In this document: piece after piece, positions 21,582 through 32,497 of the stretch | Layout: each line of letters begins with the position of its first letter | Numbering within the stretch: position 1 is the stretch's first letter | From: Candidatus Oxydemutatoraceae bacterium | Lineage (GTDB): Bacteria; Pseudomonadota; Gammaproteobacteria; Poriferisulfidales; Oxydemutatoraceae | Direction of reading: 5' to 3' | DNA length: 64,000 nt | Assembly: GCA_965218975.1 (NCBI GenBank) | Contig: OZ244717.1 | Location: forward strand, 512,001-576,000 | Made by a program: the position numbers and the translations under genes | Notes under the pieces: generated by a model | What the model saw: only the letters and a program-made list of their open reading frames with translations | What the model was told of the DNA's origin: nothing | Databases searched by the model: none

Positions 21582-22133
21582 TCAAACGCGGGTCAGGTCC
21601 TCCGCCACCGCCGCAAGATTAGAATAAACCGGAACATCCGTAATCGAATCAGCTGTTTGCTGAGTTTGTACTCCCTGGCCGGTTAATGTTAATATCGGCT
21701 TGGCGCCGACTGACCGTGCCGCTTCAATATCTTTGAGACTATCGCCGACAAAAGGAGTATCCTGCCATTCCAAATGAAACCGGTGGGCAATTTGTTCAAG
21801 TAAACCTGTCTTAGGCTTACGACAAGTACATCGTGCCGACGGTGTATGCGGGCAAAAAAATAATCCCTCAACTTGCGCGTTAAATCCGGCCAACGCATCC
21901 TGCAATTTCAAATGAATTGCGTACAGCATATCCAATGTTAGAAGCCCGCGTCCGATTGCCGATTGATTTGATGCAATTACGATTCGCCAACCCGCATGAT
22001 ACAACTGCGCAATCGCCTCGATACTACCGTCAATCGGTATCCATTCTTCCGGAGTTTTCACATAATCAGGGCGATCATGGTTAATAACTCCGTCTCGATC
22101 AAGAATGATTAATCGCGTCACGCTTTCCATCAC
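21582..22133 (-). CDS. gmhB: D-glycero-beta-D-manno-heptose-1,7-bisphosphate phosphatase
   Basis: LDRDGVIN, CPH...CTCRKP, VGDS. Confidence 0.92.
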   Translation of the reverse strand: MMESVTRLIILDRDGVINHDRPDYVKTPEEWIPIDGSIEAIAQLYHAGWRIVIASNQSAIGRGLLTLDMLYAIHLKLQDALAGFNAQVEGLFFCPHTPSARCTCRKPKTGLLEQIAHRFHLEWQDTPFVGDSLKDIEAARSVGAKPILTLTGQGVQTQQTADSITDVPVYSNLAAVAEDLTRV

Positions 22134-22142
22134 ATCCCTATC

Positions 22143-23207
22143 TTATAACGGCGATTGATTCATTAACCAAGCGGTCATAATAACTTGCGGTAATGTGATT
22201 GCAGGTAATAATAAAGCGATGGCCAAAGAGCGTGTAGTATTTTTCAATACAAGTATTTCAGTATAGTCGGTGGATACTCCGGCCATCAAAAATAAAAAAC
22301 CATTTCCGGGCGCTCGAGCACGGTGGAATAGGTCCGATGCAAGCGGCACCATTCCTTCGGAACAAACCTCCGTAACCGTTGCGACCCCTAAAGTCAATAA
22401 CAAACCCACGATAGTCGCGCCGAAATAAGTTTGCAGATGATCGGTAGCAACGAATGCTTGCACCATGGCGGTAATAATGATACCGAACAAAATCCATCGA
22501 ATGGCAATACGTGAACCTTGAACACCTTCGCGCAATATCGTGCCGAACCACTCCGTCGACGGGCGGAAAGTTTGTAACCGCACACGCGCTTGCGGTATAA
22601 GCCGGAAATCTTCGGGCAATTCCAATCCGTGCGGATTGGCGACAATCCACCCGTGTTCATCAAGTAACATGAAAATAACCCCGGTGATGACGGCAATTAC
22701 CATTGAGATAGCCACAAATAACAAGGTCCACGATAAACCGATTAAAGCGATTAAAATTAATGTTAATGAAAGGGAGTTCCACGGACTGGCAATCAGAAAA
22801 GCCATGACCTGCCCGATACTGACCCCGCGCTCGTACAACTTCGCTCCGACCAGCAAAATCCCGTGGCTACATAAATCCAACAATACTCCGGCAAGTGTCG
22901 CACGTAAAATACCGTGTAACCCGCCCTGCCCCAGCAATGCCACGACCAATTCTCGCGGAATCTTTCCCAGCAAACCCACCGCTAATATCCCAAGCAAAAC
23001 ACCCCACCATATCGTGTTGAGCAATGTAAATATTGCTCCGGTGAAATGATGCAATGCCGGTAAAAACATCACGTTATCGGGAAAAAATATATGCATACCA
23101 TACGCAGCCGACGCGATCGTCAATACGCTCCAGAGCAGATAATCAATCTTCCGTGACGGCAACGTATCGCAACATGCCGTTATTTTTTTGCCGTCGGGAT
23201 TTTCCAT
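22143..23207 (-). CDS. Predicted permease (DUF318/ArsP-like); likely start MENPDG
   Basis: DLCSHG and EVCSEG motifs, AFLIASPW; hydrophobic. Confidence 0.8.
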   Translation of the reverse strand: MENPDGKKITACCDTLPSRKIDYLLWSVLTIASAAYGMHIFFPDNVMFLPALHHFTGAIFTLLNTIWWGVLLGILAVGLLGKIPRELVVALLGQGGLHGILRATLAGVLLDLCSHGILLVGAKLYERGVSIGQVMAFLIASPWNSLSLTLILIALIGLSWTLLFVAISMVIAVITGVIFMLLDEHGWIVANPHGLELPEDFRLIPQARVRLQTFRPSTEWFGTILREGVQGSRIAIRWILFGIIITAMVQAFVATDHLQTYFGATIVGLLLTLGVATVTEVCSEGMVPLASDLFHRARAPGNGFLFLMAGVSTDYTEILVLKNTTRSLAIALLLPAITLPQVIMTAWLMNQSPL

Positions 23208-23217
23208 CGCCGTAAAG

Positions 23218-25296
23218 CTAGCGGTTGCTTCCGGCAGCAACAATCTCTGAAAAATCGGCAATTTGATAGAATAGCTTGCCGACATACAGTAATAGTCTGA
23301 GACGATTTTCACGCTTGCATGCATCATCCGACATCACTAATACCGAATCAAAAAAATCATCAATCGGCGCACGCAATTTAACCAATTCGCCGATAGCTGT
23401 TAAGTAATCCGCGCGCGTAATCATCTCATGCGTTTTTCTTGCACAAACTTGCGCCATCTCGAACAAATACTTCTCCTCAGCTTGCACCAACTGATCCGAT
23501 CGAGGCAAATCATTGTGCTCCGGATTCTGTTTCAATAAGTTCCGGATACGCTTATTGTTCTGCACCAAACTCTCGGCAGACGACATCTGCATAAAACTTG
23601 CTACCGCTTTCAGTCGCCGAAAGAAATCCAACGGATCTAAAGTTTCAAGGGCATTTAACGTTGCCGCAATACAATCATGCGAATAGGCATGCTCGAGGCT
23701 GTACCCCTTCATTCGCTCGGTAAAAAAAGAAACAATCCGATCTACGATTGCTTTATCATTAACGTGATGCAAGCTCAGACTTGAGCAGATCGTTTGGTGC
23801 AAATCCAACGTGATTGCTTTCTCGATTAGAATGCGGATAATCCCTAACGCGCTACGGCGCAAGGCAAACGGATCTTTGGCGCCGGTCGGCGCCCGGTTGA
23901 TGCCAAATAGACCGGTGATGGTGTCAAGTTTATCCGCTAATGCCAATGCGATCCCTGCCTGAGAATCGGGCAAAGCGTCTCCGGCGTAGCACGGTCGATA
24001 CTGTTCTGCAATAGCAGCGGCAACCTCCGGCGACTCTTGTGCCGCCAACGCATAATGCTTGCCCATGACACCCTCAAGCTCAGAATATTCCTGCACCATA
24101 TCCGTCGTCAAATCACATTTGCACAACTGCGCGGCACGCATCACTACTGCCTTGTCTGCATCGCAAATTGCCGCCAACGAACCTGCAAGCTCGGTCACAC
24201 GCTGCACTTTATCCGCCAAAGTTCCGAGTCTCTTCTCAAATATGACACCTGACAAATCTTTGCAGCGCTTCGCCAAAGGAATCTTTTTATCCTGAGCAAA
24301 GAAAAAAACCGCGTCCGCGAATCGAGGCCGCGCGACACGTTGATAGCCACTGATAATTTCATCGGGGACCTCGCTTGTCCCATTACTGACGATGGCAAAT
24401 TGCGGTAATAGTGTTGTACCAGTTTGATCTGCGATCGGAAACGCTTTCAGCGAACGGCGCAAAATACACCGCACCACCTCAGCCGGCAGCGCTAGAAAAT
24501 TCGGCTCGAACTCAGCACACAGCACTTGCGGATATTCCGTTAATGCTGCCGCCTCATCAAGACCTGCTTCATCAAATAGCACGTGTCCGTCGGATATTTT
24601 TTGCAGAGCATCGGCAATCGTTTGTCGCCGCTCGAAAAAATCGGCGATCACTTTTCCCCCACGCAAGCAATCTGAATATTCATCGGCGTGCCGGATGGTC
24701 AATACATTCGGATAATGGAAACGATGCGCATAAGTTTGATTCTTGGACGGTATATCAAATAATGAGCAACCAAGACCTTCTCTCCCATGCACCACGCATA
24801 ACCATCGTACCGGCCGCGCAAATGTATAAGGTTGCACTCCCCAACGCATTCGCTTTGCCACCGGCAATGCATTTGCGATGTCAGTCAGTGAAGCCGACAA
24901 CACTTCCGCCAGCGACATACCCGATTGCATAAGCTCGCACATCAACCGTCCGGTCTCTTCGGAACGAATCAGCTGATCAACTTCGACACCGCAAGTTTTA
25001 GCAAATCCCCGAGCGGCGGCAGTGGGTTTGCCGGCAGAATCAAACGCTTGCGCTAGCAGGGGGCCTTTGCGCATAGCTACCCGGTCCTCTTGATGCGCCG
25101 ATACATCGGAAATTGTGACTGCTAATCGACGCGGTGTATAAAAAGTTTTACGCTCAGATACTGTCGTATCAATCAACCATGCGTCGGCAAGTCGTGTAAA
25201 TAACTGTTCGGCAAATGCAACTCCCAATGACTGTAACGAATGCGGAGGTAATTCCTCAGTGCCGATTTCAACTAGCAAAGTGTCGCGCGCACTCAT
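23218..25296 (-). CDS. glyS: Glycyl-tRNA synthetase beta subunit
   Basis: LVEIGTEELPP, TPRRLA, DPFALRR. Confidence 0.96.
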   Translation of the reverse strand: MSARDTLLVEIGTEELPPHSLQSLGVAFAEQLFTRLADAWLIDTTVSERKTFYTPRRLAVTISDVSAHQEDRVAMRKGPLLAQAFDSAGKPTAAARGFAKTCGVEVDQLIRSEETGRLMCELMQSGMSLAEVLSASLTDIANALPVAKRMRWGVQPYTFARPVRWLCVVHGREGLGCSLFDIPSKNQTYAHRFHYPNVLTIRHADEYSDCLRGGKVIADFFERRQTIADALQKISDGHVLFDEAGLDEAAALTEYPQVLCAEFEPNFLALPAEVVRCILRRSLKAFPIADQTGTTLLPQFAIVSNGTSEVPDEIISGYQRVARPRFADAVFFFAQDKKIPLAKRCKDLSGVIFEKRLGTLADKVQRVTELAGSLAAICDADKAVVMRAAQLCKCDLTTDMVQEYSELEGVMGKHYALAAQESPEVAAAIAEQYRPCYAGDALPDSQAGIALALADKLDTITGLFGINRAPTGAKDPFALRRSALGIIRILIEKAITLDLHQTICSSLSLHHVNDKAIVDRIVSFFTERMKGYSLEHAYSHDCIAATLNALETLDPLDFFRRLKAVASFMQMSSAESLVQNNKRIRNLLKQNPEHNDLPRSDQLVQAEEKYLFEMAQVCARKTHEMITRADYLTAIGELVKLRAPIDDFFDSVLVMSDDACKRENRLRLLLYVGKLFYQIADFSEIVAAGSNR

Positions 25297-25308
25297 ACTT
25301 TTGTCTCA

Positions 25309-26172
25309 TCATTCGGATGCGCAATATAACTGCGCCACTTCCTGAGCCATCCGGCGCGTACGCAGAATGTACGCTTGACGTTCGATGGCGGAAATAGCAT
25401 GACGAGCATCCAGCACATTAAACGTATGAGAAGCGAAGATGAGTTGCTCGAAAGCCGCCAACGGAAGACTCTTCCGGACTAATTCTTGGCATATTTTTTC
25501 ATACTCATCGTAGTGACGCATCAATATTCCTGTATCCGCCAATTCAAAATTGTAACGCGACTGCTGTTGTTCATTGGCTAAGAATAAATCACGGTAGTGT
25601 ACGGGTTGATAACCATTGTCATCCCAGATCAAATCAAACACATTATCTTTTTCCTGCAAATACATTGCGAGCCGCTCTAAGCCGTATGTAATTTCACCGG
25701 TTGTCGGATGACACTCGAATCCACCCGCTTGTTGGAAGTAAGTAAACTGACTCACTTCCATTCCGTCCAACCATACTTCCCAGCCTAGCCCCCAAGCGCC
25801 AAGCGTCGGCGACTCCCAATTATCTTCAATAAATCGAATATCGTGTACTTTAAGGTCAATCCCTAACGCTTGCAGAGAATGCAAATAAACCTGCTGGATA
25901 TCTCCCGGCGGAGGTTTTAGTACCACTTGCAATTGATAGTAATGCTGCAAGCGGTTTGGGTTTTCGCCATACCGTCCGTCGGTCGGACGACGACAACTTT
26001 GCAAATAAACACAGCGCCAAGGCTCAGCATCGATAGCACGCAAAAAAGTTGCCGGGTGAAACGTTGCCGCTCCCATCGGTAAATCGTACGGCTGCAACAC
26101 CGTGCATCCCTGTCGCATCCAGTAGTTCTGTAATGCTGTAATCAGCTGTTGAAAAGTGTACTTTGTTTTCAT
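25309..26172 (-). CDS. glyQ: Glycyl-tRNA synthetase alpha subunit (start MKTKY)
   Basis: [36 protein letters not shown]. Confidence 0.97.
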   Translation of the reverse strand: MKTKYTFQQLITALQNYWMRQGCTVLQPYDLPMGAATFHPATFLRAIDAEPWRCVYLQSCRRPTDGRYGENPNRLQHYYQLQVVLKPPPGDIQQVYLHSLQALGIDLKVHDIRFIEDNWESPTLGAWGLGWEVWLDGMEVSQFTYFQQAGGFECHPTTGEITYGLERLAMYLQEKDNVFDLIWDDNGYQPVHYRDLFLANEQQQSRYNFELADTGILMRHYDEYEKICQELVRKSLPLAAFEQLIFASHTFNVLDARHAISAIERQAYILRTRRMAQEVAQLYCASE

Positions 26173-26489
26173 CAATAAAGCACAAGTATAGCCAAACAAA
26201 TTATTTTCGCCGCATCTACGGCAAATCAATGTCCTTCATCCGAGGAAATCCTGCTTAATTTCAACGAGTGGTGTTACTTGCGGGCGGTAATTGCAGAACT
26301 GTTTGAGCATGTTCACCGCGTCGCGCGCGTCGCGACCACCGTTATTCAATAAATCGTAAAGATTAGCGGACATTATAATAACGAAATACCTGAAAATGGG
26401 GCACAATAAGCGTCAACGTATCGCCTGCAACACAGGTTGTCAAAATCGGACGATATGATTCCCAATAACATAAATCATGGAGTATACCA

Positions 26490-27899
26490 ATGTCAGCGGA
26501 CCGAGTTTTGTCAATGATAAAAGACAATAATATTGAATATATTGACCTGAGATTTACCGACACAAAAGGCAAAGAGCAACATGTTACTGTTCCGACCGAA
26601 GCGGTTGACCAAAACTTTTTTACTAATGGAAAAATGTTCGACGGTTCTTCCATTGCCGGATGGAAAAGTATTGACGAGTCTGATATGGCTTTGATGCCTG
26701 ATTGTTCGACCGCAGTGATTGATCCGTTTTTCTCTGATCCGACTCTGCTACTACGGTGTGACATACTAGACCCCTTAACCGGTGAAGGTTATCATCGCGA
26801 CCCGCGTTATATTGCCGGAAAAGCCGAACAATATCTGAAAGACAGCGGCATTGCGGATGCTGCTTATTTCGGGCCGGAGCCGGAATTTTTCATCTTTGGT
26901 GATGTGCGATGGTGGAACGATATCGGTCGTGCCAGTTATTTCGTTACTTCGGACGAGGCTTCATGGCGTTCCAACGATGAGATCGAAGGTGGCAATATCG
27001 GTCACCGCCCGCAAGTGAAAGGCGGTTACTTTCCGGTTCCCCCGGTGGACTCATTACAGGACATACGTTCAACTATCTGTTCGACTTTAAAAAAAATGGG
27101 GGTGTCCTCAGAAGTGCATCACCATGAAGTAGGCACCGCAGGACAGTGTGAAATCGGCACGCGCTTTGATACTTTGGTTCGCCGCGGCGATATGAACCAG
27201 ATTTTAAAGTATGTAGTATTAAATGTTGCTCATAATTACGGAAAGACCGCGACTTTCATGCCTAAACCGATAGTGGGCGATAACGGTAGCGGCATGCATG
27301 TTCACCAATCGCTAGTGCAAGGTGGCAAGAACTTATTTGCCGGCGACAAATACGCCGGTTTATCCGAAATCGCATTACACTATATCGGCGGCATCCTCAA
27401 GCATGCACGTGCCATTAATGCATTTACCAATGCCACAACGAACAGCTACAAAAGATTGGTGCCGGGTTTCGAAGCGCCGGTATTGCTTGTATATTCCGCT
27501 CGCAACCGTTCGGCGGCAATTCGCATCCCTTTTGATCCGTCCCCCAAGGGGCGCCGAATTGAAGTGCGCTTCGGCGATTCCTCAGGAAATCCGTACCTGA
27601 CTTTTGCTGCTATGCTGATGGCAGGCATTGACGGCATTAAGAACAGAACGGACCCGGGAGAACAATACGATAAAGATATGTATGACTTATCCGCTGAAGA
27701 AGAAAAAGCAATCCCGACAGTCTGCGCCTCTTTGGAGCAATCGCTAATCACATTAAATGAAAACCGTGGGTTTCTGACCGTCGGCAACGTTTTCAGCGAC
27801 GACATGATTGACGGTTATATCGAACTGAAAATGTTAGAGGTCAATCGCTTGAGAATATCCACTCATCCGGCTGAATTTGACATGTATTACAGCTGTTAG
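26490..27899 (+). CDS. glnA: Glutamine synthetase type I
   Basis: [33 protein letters not shown]. Confidence 0.98.
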   Translation: MSADRVLSMIKDNNIEYIDLRFTDTKGKEQHVTVPTEAVDQNFFTNGKMFDGSSIAGWKSIDESDMALMPDCSTAVIDPFFSDPTLLLRCDILDPLTGEGYHRDPRYIAGKAEQYLKDSGIADAAYFGPEPEFFIFGDVRWWNDIGRASYFVTSDEASWRSNDEIEGGNIGHRPQVKGGYFPVPPVDSLQDIRSTICSTLKKMGVSSEVHHHEVGTAGQCEIGTRFDTLVRRGDMNQILKYVVLNVAHNYGKTATFMPKPIVGDNGSGMHVHQSLVQGGKNLFAGDKYAGLSEIALHYIGGILKHARAINAFTNATTNSYKRLVPGFEAPVLLVYSARNRSAAIRIPFDPSPKGRRIEVRFGDSSGNPYLTFAAMLMAGIDGIKNRTDPGEQYDKDMYDLSAEEEKAIPTVCASLEQSLITLNENRGFLTVGNVFSDDMIDGYIELKMLEVNRLRISTHPAEFDMYYSC

Positions 27900-28873
27900 A
27901 CAATCCTTGCTTGGTCGGGACTATGGTGGTCGACATTCAGTTCTAAAGTTCCGACCAAATCGGCAACTCTTGCATAGCCGTTTTCATTAAGATATGCATT
28001 GATTGCGCAGCTCATCTTGCCACAAATTAACGGATCGTAAAACAATCCGGTGCCGACACCGACCGTGCTCGCGCCGGCGATTAAAAATTCAATCGCATCC
28101 TCCGGCGTAATCGCCCCGCCTTGCCCGATAATCGGAATTCCATACGGTTTGCATAAGCGATAAATTTCGGAAATATTGTATAGCGCAATCGGCTTGATCG
28201 CAGCGCCCGACAAGCCGCCATGGTTGTTGCCGATAACCGGGCGTCGCGTTCGAATATCAATCGCCATTCCGACTACTGTGTTAATCGCGGCGAACGCATC
28301 GCTGCCCGCTTCGATACATTGCCGCGCATTTTCAACGACATCGGTTTGATTAGGCGACAACTTAGTGATCAAAGGCTTGCTCGTTGCCCGACGGCATGCG
28401 GCAACCACTTGCGCCGACATATGCGGATAATTGCCGAATGATAGTCCGCCTTCTTTAACATTCGGGCACGAAACGTTAATTTCAATCGCATTAATTGACG
28501 AATCATCCAAGCGGCGGGTAATTTCTTCGTATTCGGCAACAGTCGTGCCCGACACATTGGCGATAAAGCACGTTTCGGAAAAATCCAACTGGGGCAATAT
28601 GTCTTGTATTAACACATCAATCCCAGGATTCTGTAATCCTATCGCATTCAGCATGCCATCCGGAGTTTCCGCGATGCGATGCGGCGCATTCCCTAACCGT
28701 GGCTTCAGTGTCGTTCCCTTCAAACACACCGCACCGACATCCCGGTGAGAAAATCCTTCAATGCGAGTGTACTCATCGCCAAATCCGACACAGCCGGATA
28801 ATAGGACTAACGGATTGTTAAAGTCCATGCCGCAAAAACTAAGCTGCAATTTTGGATACTGATTTTTTAGCAT
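27896..28873 (-). CDS. pyrD: Dihydroorotate dehydrogenase, class 1 catalytic subunit
   Basis: [18 protein letters not shown] (Cys base), GGLSG; no N-terminal membrane domain. Confidence 0.9.
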   Translation of the reverse strand: MLKNQYPKLQLSFCGMDFNNPLVLLSGCVGFGDEYTRIEGFSHRDVGAVCLKGTTLKPRLGNAPHRIAETPDGMLNAIGLQNPGIDVLIQDILPQLDFSETCFIANVSGTTVAEYEEITRRLDDSSINAIEINVSCPNVKEGGLSFGNYPHMSAQVVAACRRATSKPLITKLSPNQTDVVENARQCIEAGSDAFAAINTVVGMAIDIRTRRPVIGNNHGGLSGAAIKPIALYNISEIYRLCKPYGIPIIGQGGAITPEDAIEFLIAGASTVGVGTGLFYDPLICGKMSCAINAYLNENGYARVADLVGTLELNVDHHSPDQARIV

Positions 28874-29223
28874 CGAACACTACCCACTATTATTCTAAAG
28901 CAAATCGGTAGCGGATATATCATTGCTGCCCGATTGAATTGATTCTTCTCTTGTTTGCGGGCAGAAATTGCTCAACATTCCGGGCAAAACGACAGCAGTA
29001 AAAACAAACATACCCTTACATCACCATTGCACTATGGCTCGTTACAAAACCTGCCGGATGCCGATAGTGACCGGAAGATGATTAAGAATATGAATATAAC
29101 ATTGTCTTTACTTTGCCGAGAACACCTCCGGATATTTGCTTACCTCGAAACGGAGAATATATATTGATCCTCACAAAAGATATTCTCTGAAAACAACGAC
29201 TATTCAGCTATTAAAATACACTC

Positions 29224-29694
29224 ATGTTTGACATTGTTTTATATCAGCCGGAAATTCCGCCCAATGTCGGCAACATTATTCGCTTGTGCGCAAATACCGG
29301 CTGTCGTTTGCATTTAATTGAGCCGCTTGGATTCCGCTTTGACAATCGTGCTTTGAAACGGGCCGGATTAGACTATCACGAACGCACCATATCAATAGTG
29401 CATCCGAGTTTTAGCGAGTATCTTACGAATACAACATCGAATCAATCGCCTGCAAGATTGTTCGCTTGTTCAAGCAAGGTTCGACGCTGCTACGCCACAG
29501 TATGTTTTATGCCGAAAGATGCATTTCTATTCGGGCCGGAGACTCGAGGGCTGCCATCGGAAATATTGGTGCAAGTACCATCCGAACGTCAAATCACGAT
29601 ACCCATGCACACACATAACCGAAGTTTGAATCTAGCCAATGCAGTTGCAGTCATTGTTTATGAAGCATGGCGACAAAATGAGTTTGCACGTTAA
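29224..29694 (+). CDS. trmL: tRNA (cytidine34-2'-O)-methyltransferase
   Basis: PEIPPNVGNI, RAGLDY, FGPETRGL, RSLNLA. Confidence 0.95.
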   Translation: MFDIVLYQPEIPPNVGNIIRLCANTGCRLHLIEPLGFRFDNRALKRAGLDYHERTISIVHPSFSEYLTNTTSNQSPARLFACSSKVRRCYATVCFMPKDAFLFGPETRGLPSEILVQVPSERQITIPMHTHNRSLNLANAVAVIVYEAWRQNEFAR

Positions 29695-29719
29695 TCTCAA
29701 TCTGTTAATACCAATGTCT

Positions 29720-30730
29720 CTAGTCCTCGATTTTAACGTCACGGTCTAGCAGTTGATCTACCACTTGTTTTATATCAATCTGATTGCGCAGTATCTGATT
29801 TATTGCAAAGCAGATAGGCAACTCGACATTCTCTCGTCGTGCAAAGTCACAAACGATCTGTGCGGTAAAAACCCCTTCGACGACTTGCCCGATCGCCTGT
29901 CGAGCTTGCTGATTGCTACTGCCGCGCGCGAGCAGTTTACCATAGCGATAATTGCGCGATTGCTGATCAGTACACGTTAAAACCAAGTCACCCAAACCGG
30001 CAAGACCGGAAAACGTTGCGGATGAAGCTCCCAGCCGCAGCGCAAATCGTCGAATTTCACTCAATCCGCGGGTAATTAACGCAGCACGTGCATTTGCGCC
30101 GTAGCCCAAACCATCCGACACACCGGCCGCAATCGCGATAACATTCTTGAGCGCGCCGGCAACTTCCACTCCGATAACATCTGTGCTGATATAAACGCGG
30201 AATATTTTGCTATGAAACAATGCTGCGGCGCGTTTAGCAACATCGGTATCGTATGTCGCTAATATGACCGCAGTCGGCAGCCCGGCAATCACTTCATCGG
30301 CAAAAGAAGGGCCAGACAAATAAATATCCACCGCTCTCTTATCTAGCGCCGCCGGAATCACTTGGTGCATAAACAAACCATGCTTGCGGTCCATACCTTT
30401 TGCAGTACAAATCACTCCTTGATATGACGAAGTTATATACGGTAGCGCAACGGCGAGCACAGCATGTACTGCAGCTGCCGGCACTGCAAGTATTAACCAA
30501 TCCGACCCGATAACTGTCTGCGCAAGATTATCTCGAATGACAACCGTATCCGGCAAGGAATGAGACGATAGATGCTTCCGTGCGGCGCTACGATCGGAAA
30601 GTGTCGAATGTTTTTGCGTATGTCGCGTCCACAGCCGAACCGCGTGGCCTTGATTTGCCAAATGCACCGCCAAAGCGGTCCCCCAAGCGCCTGCTCCCAG
30701 AATACCGATGCGAGTGTGTTTCGCCATCAC
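29720..30730 (-). CDS. gpsA: NAD(P)H glycerol-3-phosphate dehydrogenase
   Basis: GAGAWGTAL, SGPSFA, LKNVIA, GDLVLTC, SRN. Confidence 0.96.
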   Translation of the reverse strand: MMAKHTRIGILGAGAWGTALAVHLANQGHAVRLWTRHTQKHSTLSDRSAARKHLSSHSLPDTVVIRDNLAQTVIGSDWLILAVPAAAVHAVLAVALPYITSSYQGVICTAKGMDRKHGLFMHQVIPAALDKRAVDIYLSGPSFADEVIAGLPTAVILATYDTDVAKRAAALFHSKIFRVYISTDVIGVEVAGALKNVIAIAAGVSDGLGYGANARAALITRGLSEIRRFALRLGASSATFSGLAGLGDLVLTCTDQQSRNYRYGKLLARGSSNQQARQAIGQVVEGVFTAQIVCDFARRENVELPICFAINQILRNQIDIKQVVDQLLDRDVKIED

Positions 30731-30756
30731 ATCAAGTTAGCGCAACCCGTAAAATA

Positions 30757-31218
30757 TCAATGTGTCGTCAATGTGGTAGTTTGCCGCTCTTTTAATGCAT
30801 CCGCTTTTTGGCGATAGAGAGTTTCAAAATTCATCGGTCCTAGCAACAACTGCGGAAAACCACCTTTCGTTACCAAATCGGAAACCGCTTCACGAACAAA
30901 TGGAAACAAAATGTCGGGGCATTGCACATTCAGGACTGCGTGCGTTTGGTTCTCTTTCAAACCATCTATTGTGAATACTCCAGCCTGTTGAATCTCTAGC
31001 AAAAAAGCAATTTCCCCCTCCTGTTTGGCGGTGATTAAAACACGTAATATCATTTCATAGCGGTTGTCTTCTAACTTCCGACTGTTTGCGTTGATCTCCA
31101 CGTCCACATGCGGTTTCCATTTCTCAACATTCACAAAGGCATTGGGGGCTTCAAACGAAGCATCTTTCAGATAAATCTTATGAATCTTCAACTGTACTTT
31201 TTTAATTGATTCGGACAT
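30757..31218 (-). CDS. secB: Protein-export chaperone SecB
   Basis: IYLKDASFEAP, CPDILFPFVRE, GGFPQL. Confidence 0.96.
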   Translation of the reverse strand: MSESIKKVQLKIHKIYLKDASFEAPNAFVNVEKWKPHVDVEINANSRKLEDNRYEMILRVLITAKQEGEIAFLLEIQQAGVFTIDGLKENQTHAVLNVQCPDILFPFVREAVSDLVTKGGFPQLLLGPMNFETLYRQKADALKERQTTTLTTH

Positions 31219-31227
31219 CGTGTTGTT

Positions 31228-31485
31228 TCAAATCCTCAATAATTCGTCAAGCTTGTCTTTCTGGTCCAACTCTACCATCTCCTGATAACCGCCGACATGC
31301 ATGTCGTCAATAAAAATCTGCGGCACCGAAGTACGATCGGTGCGCGATCGCATCCTTTCATTCTCTTTGGCATCGGTGTCCACGCGAATTTCCTCATATT
31401 CGACCCCCTTTTTTTCCAACAACCGTTTTGCCCAACCGCAATAAGGGCAACGTCCCGAAGTAAAAACTTCCACTTTTACTTTCAT
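31228..31485 (-). CDS. grxC: Glutaredoxin 3 (start MKVKV)
   Basis: CPYC, SVPQIFI, HVGG; conserved position before secB. Confidence 0.94.
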   Translation of the reverse strand: MKVKVEVFTSGRCPYCGWAKRLLEKKGVEYEEIRVDTDAKENERMRSRTDRTSVPQIFIDDMHVGGYQEMVELDQKDKLDELLRI

Positions 31486-31495
31486 TTGTTTATCC

Positions 31496-31924
31496 TCATT
31501 TTTTAACGAGAGGCATCCCCGTCTGTTGCCAAGCAGCGATTCCACCTTTCAAATGATGCACATTAGAAAACCCGTTTTTTACTAGCAGCCGGCATATACT
31601 CGGCGCACGTACGCCACTGGCGCAAAACGCAATCATTGGTTTCTCTTTGTGTTGTCCGATCTTATCCAATTGTTTCGGCAGATTACTTGCCGCCAAATGT
31701 TTGGCATTATGAATTGTTCCCGATTCCAACTCATGGCTCTCGCGCAAATCCAACAAGAAGGCTCCCTCACGATTGATTAATCGCACCGCTTGCGCCGGGG
31801 TAACTTCTTTATACTGCCGGGTGAAGCGTTGTGTTTCAACCACAATAATTGCCCCCAATAAGGACAAAGCAATTCCTACCAAAATTGCATTTTCTTGTAA
31901 AAAAAGTAAAAAATCGTGCTCCAT
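31496..31924 (-). CDS. Rhodanese-like membrane-anchored protein (YibN-like)
   Basis: N-terminal transmembrane helix, CASG, LKGGIAAW; conserved gene order. Confidence 0.88.
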   Translation of the reverse strand: MEHDFLLFLQENAILVGIALSLLGAIIVVETQRFTRQYKEVTPAQAVRLINREGAFLLDLRESHELESGTIHNAKHLAASNLPKQLDKIGQHKEKPMIAFCASGVRAPSICRLLVKNGFSNVHHLKGGIAAWQQTGMPLVKK

Positions 31925-32497
31925 AAATTACCTTAATAAAATCTGTCCGGTCATTTGCTTACGCGACCTCTTAGATACTTTAAAGCCAACAACCTCTTGG
32001 GTGCAAACCGTTGCGTTGGGATAAAGCAATGCATCACTCAAATTGTAGTAGATAATTCTACAACATAACACCTATTGTATGCAGCCGTATCAATCCCCGC
32101 TATGACCTGAACATTTGAATCACCCGTCGCTTACGATGGACCCGGTTAGGATGAAAAAAGCGTCGGTGTAGTTACACAGGACAGCATGGATTTACCGGTA
32201 TTGATAACGGCAGTCGCCGGTCTGTGAAATACCGAAACCGTTTGATCGCGGCTCAGCCGGTGAAGCGAGTACGGCAGGCGACGAGGGATAAAATTCAGCT
32301 CTTAATATCGAAGCATCAAAGAAAGGATCAAGAAGCTATCCGCAGGAAATATTTAAGCGCTGTAAATGAACGTAGTTCACGCATAATATCTTAATTTAAG
32401 AGGATTATCCGCCATTTGCCTGCTTGGTTTCCATCCCAATCGTGAAGAGAAATAGGTGACGCGCTTCTCCAAGCGGGTATAATGAACTTTTACATTC

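Noticed and set aside
26390-26420. Sigma-54 promoter of glnA
   Set aside because: GGCAC is present, but the -12 TTGC element does not match convincingly.
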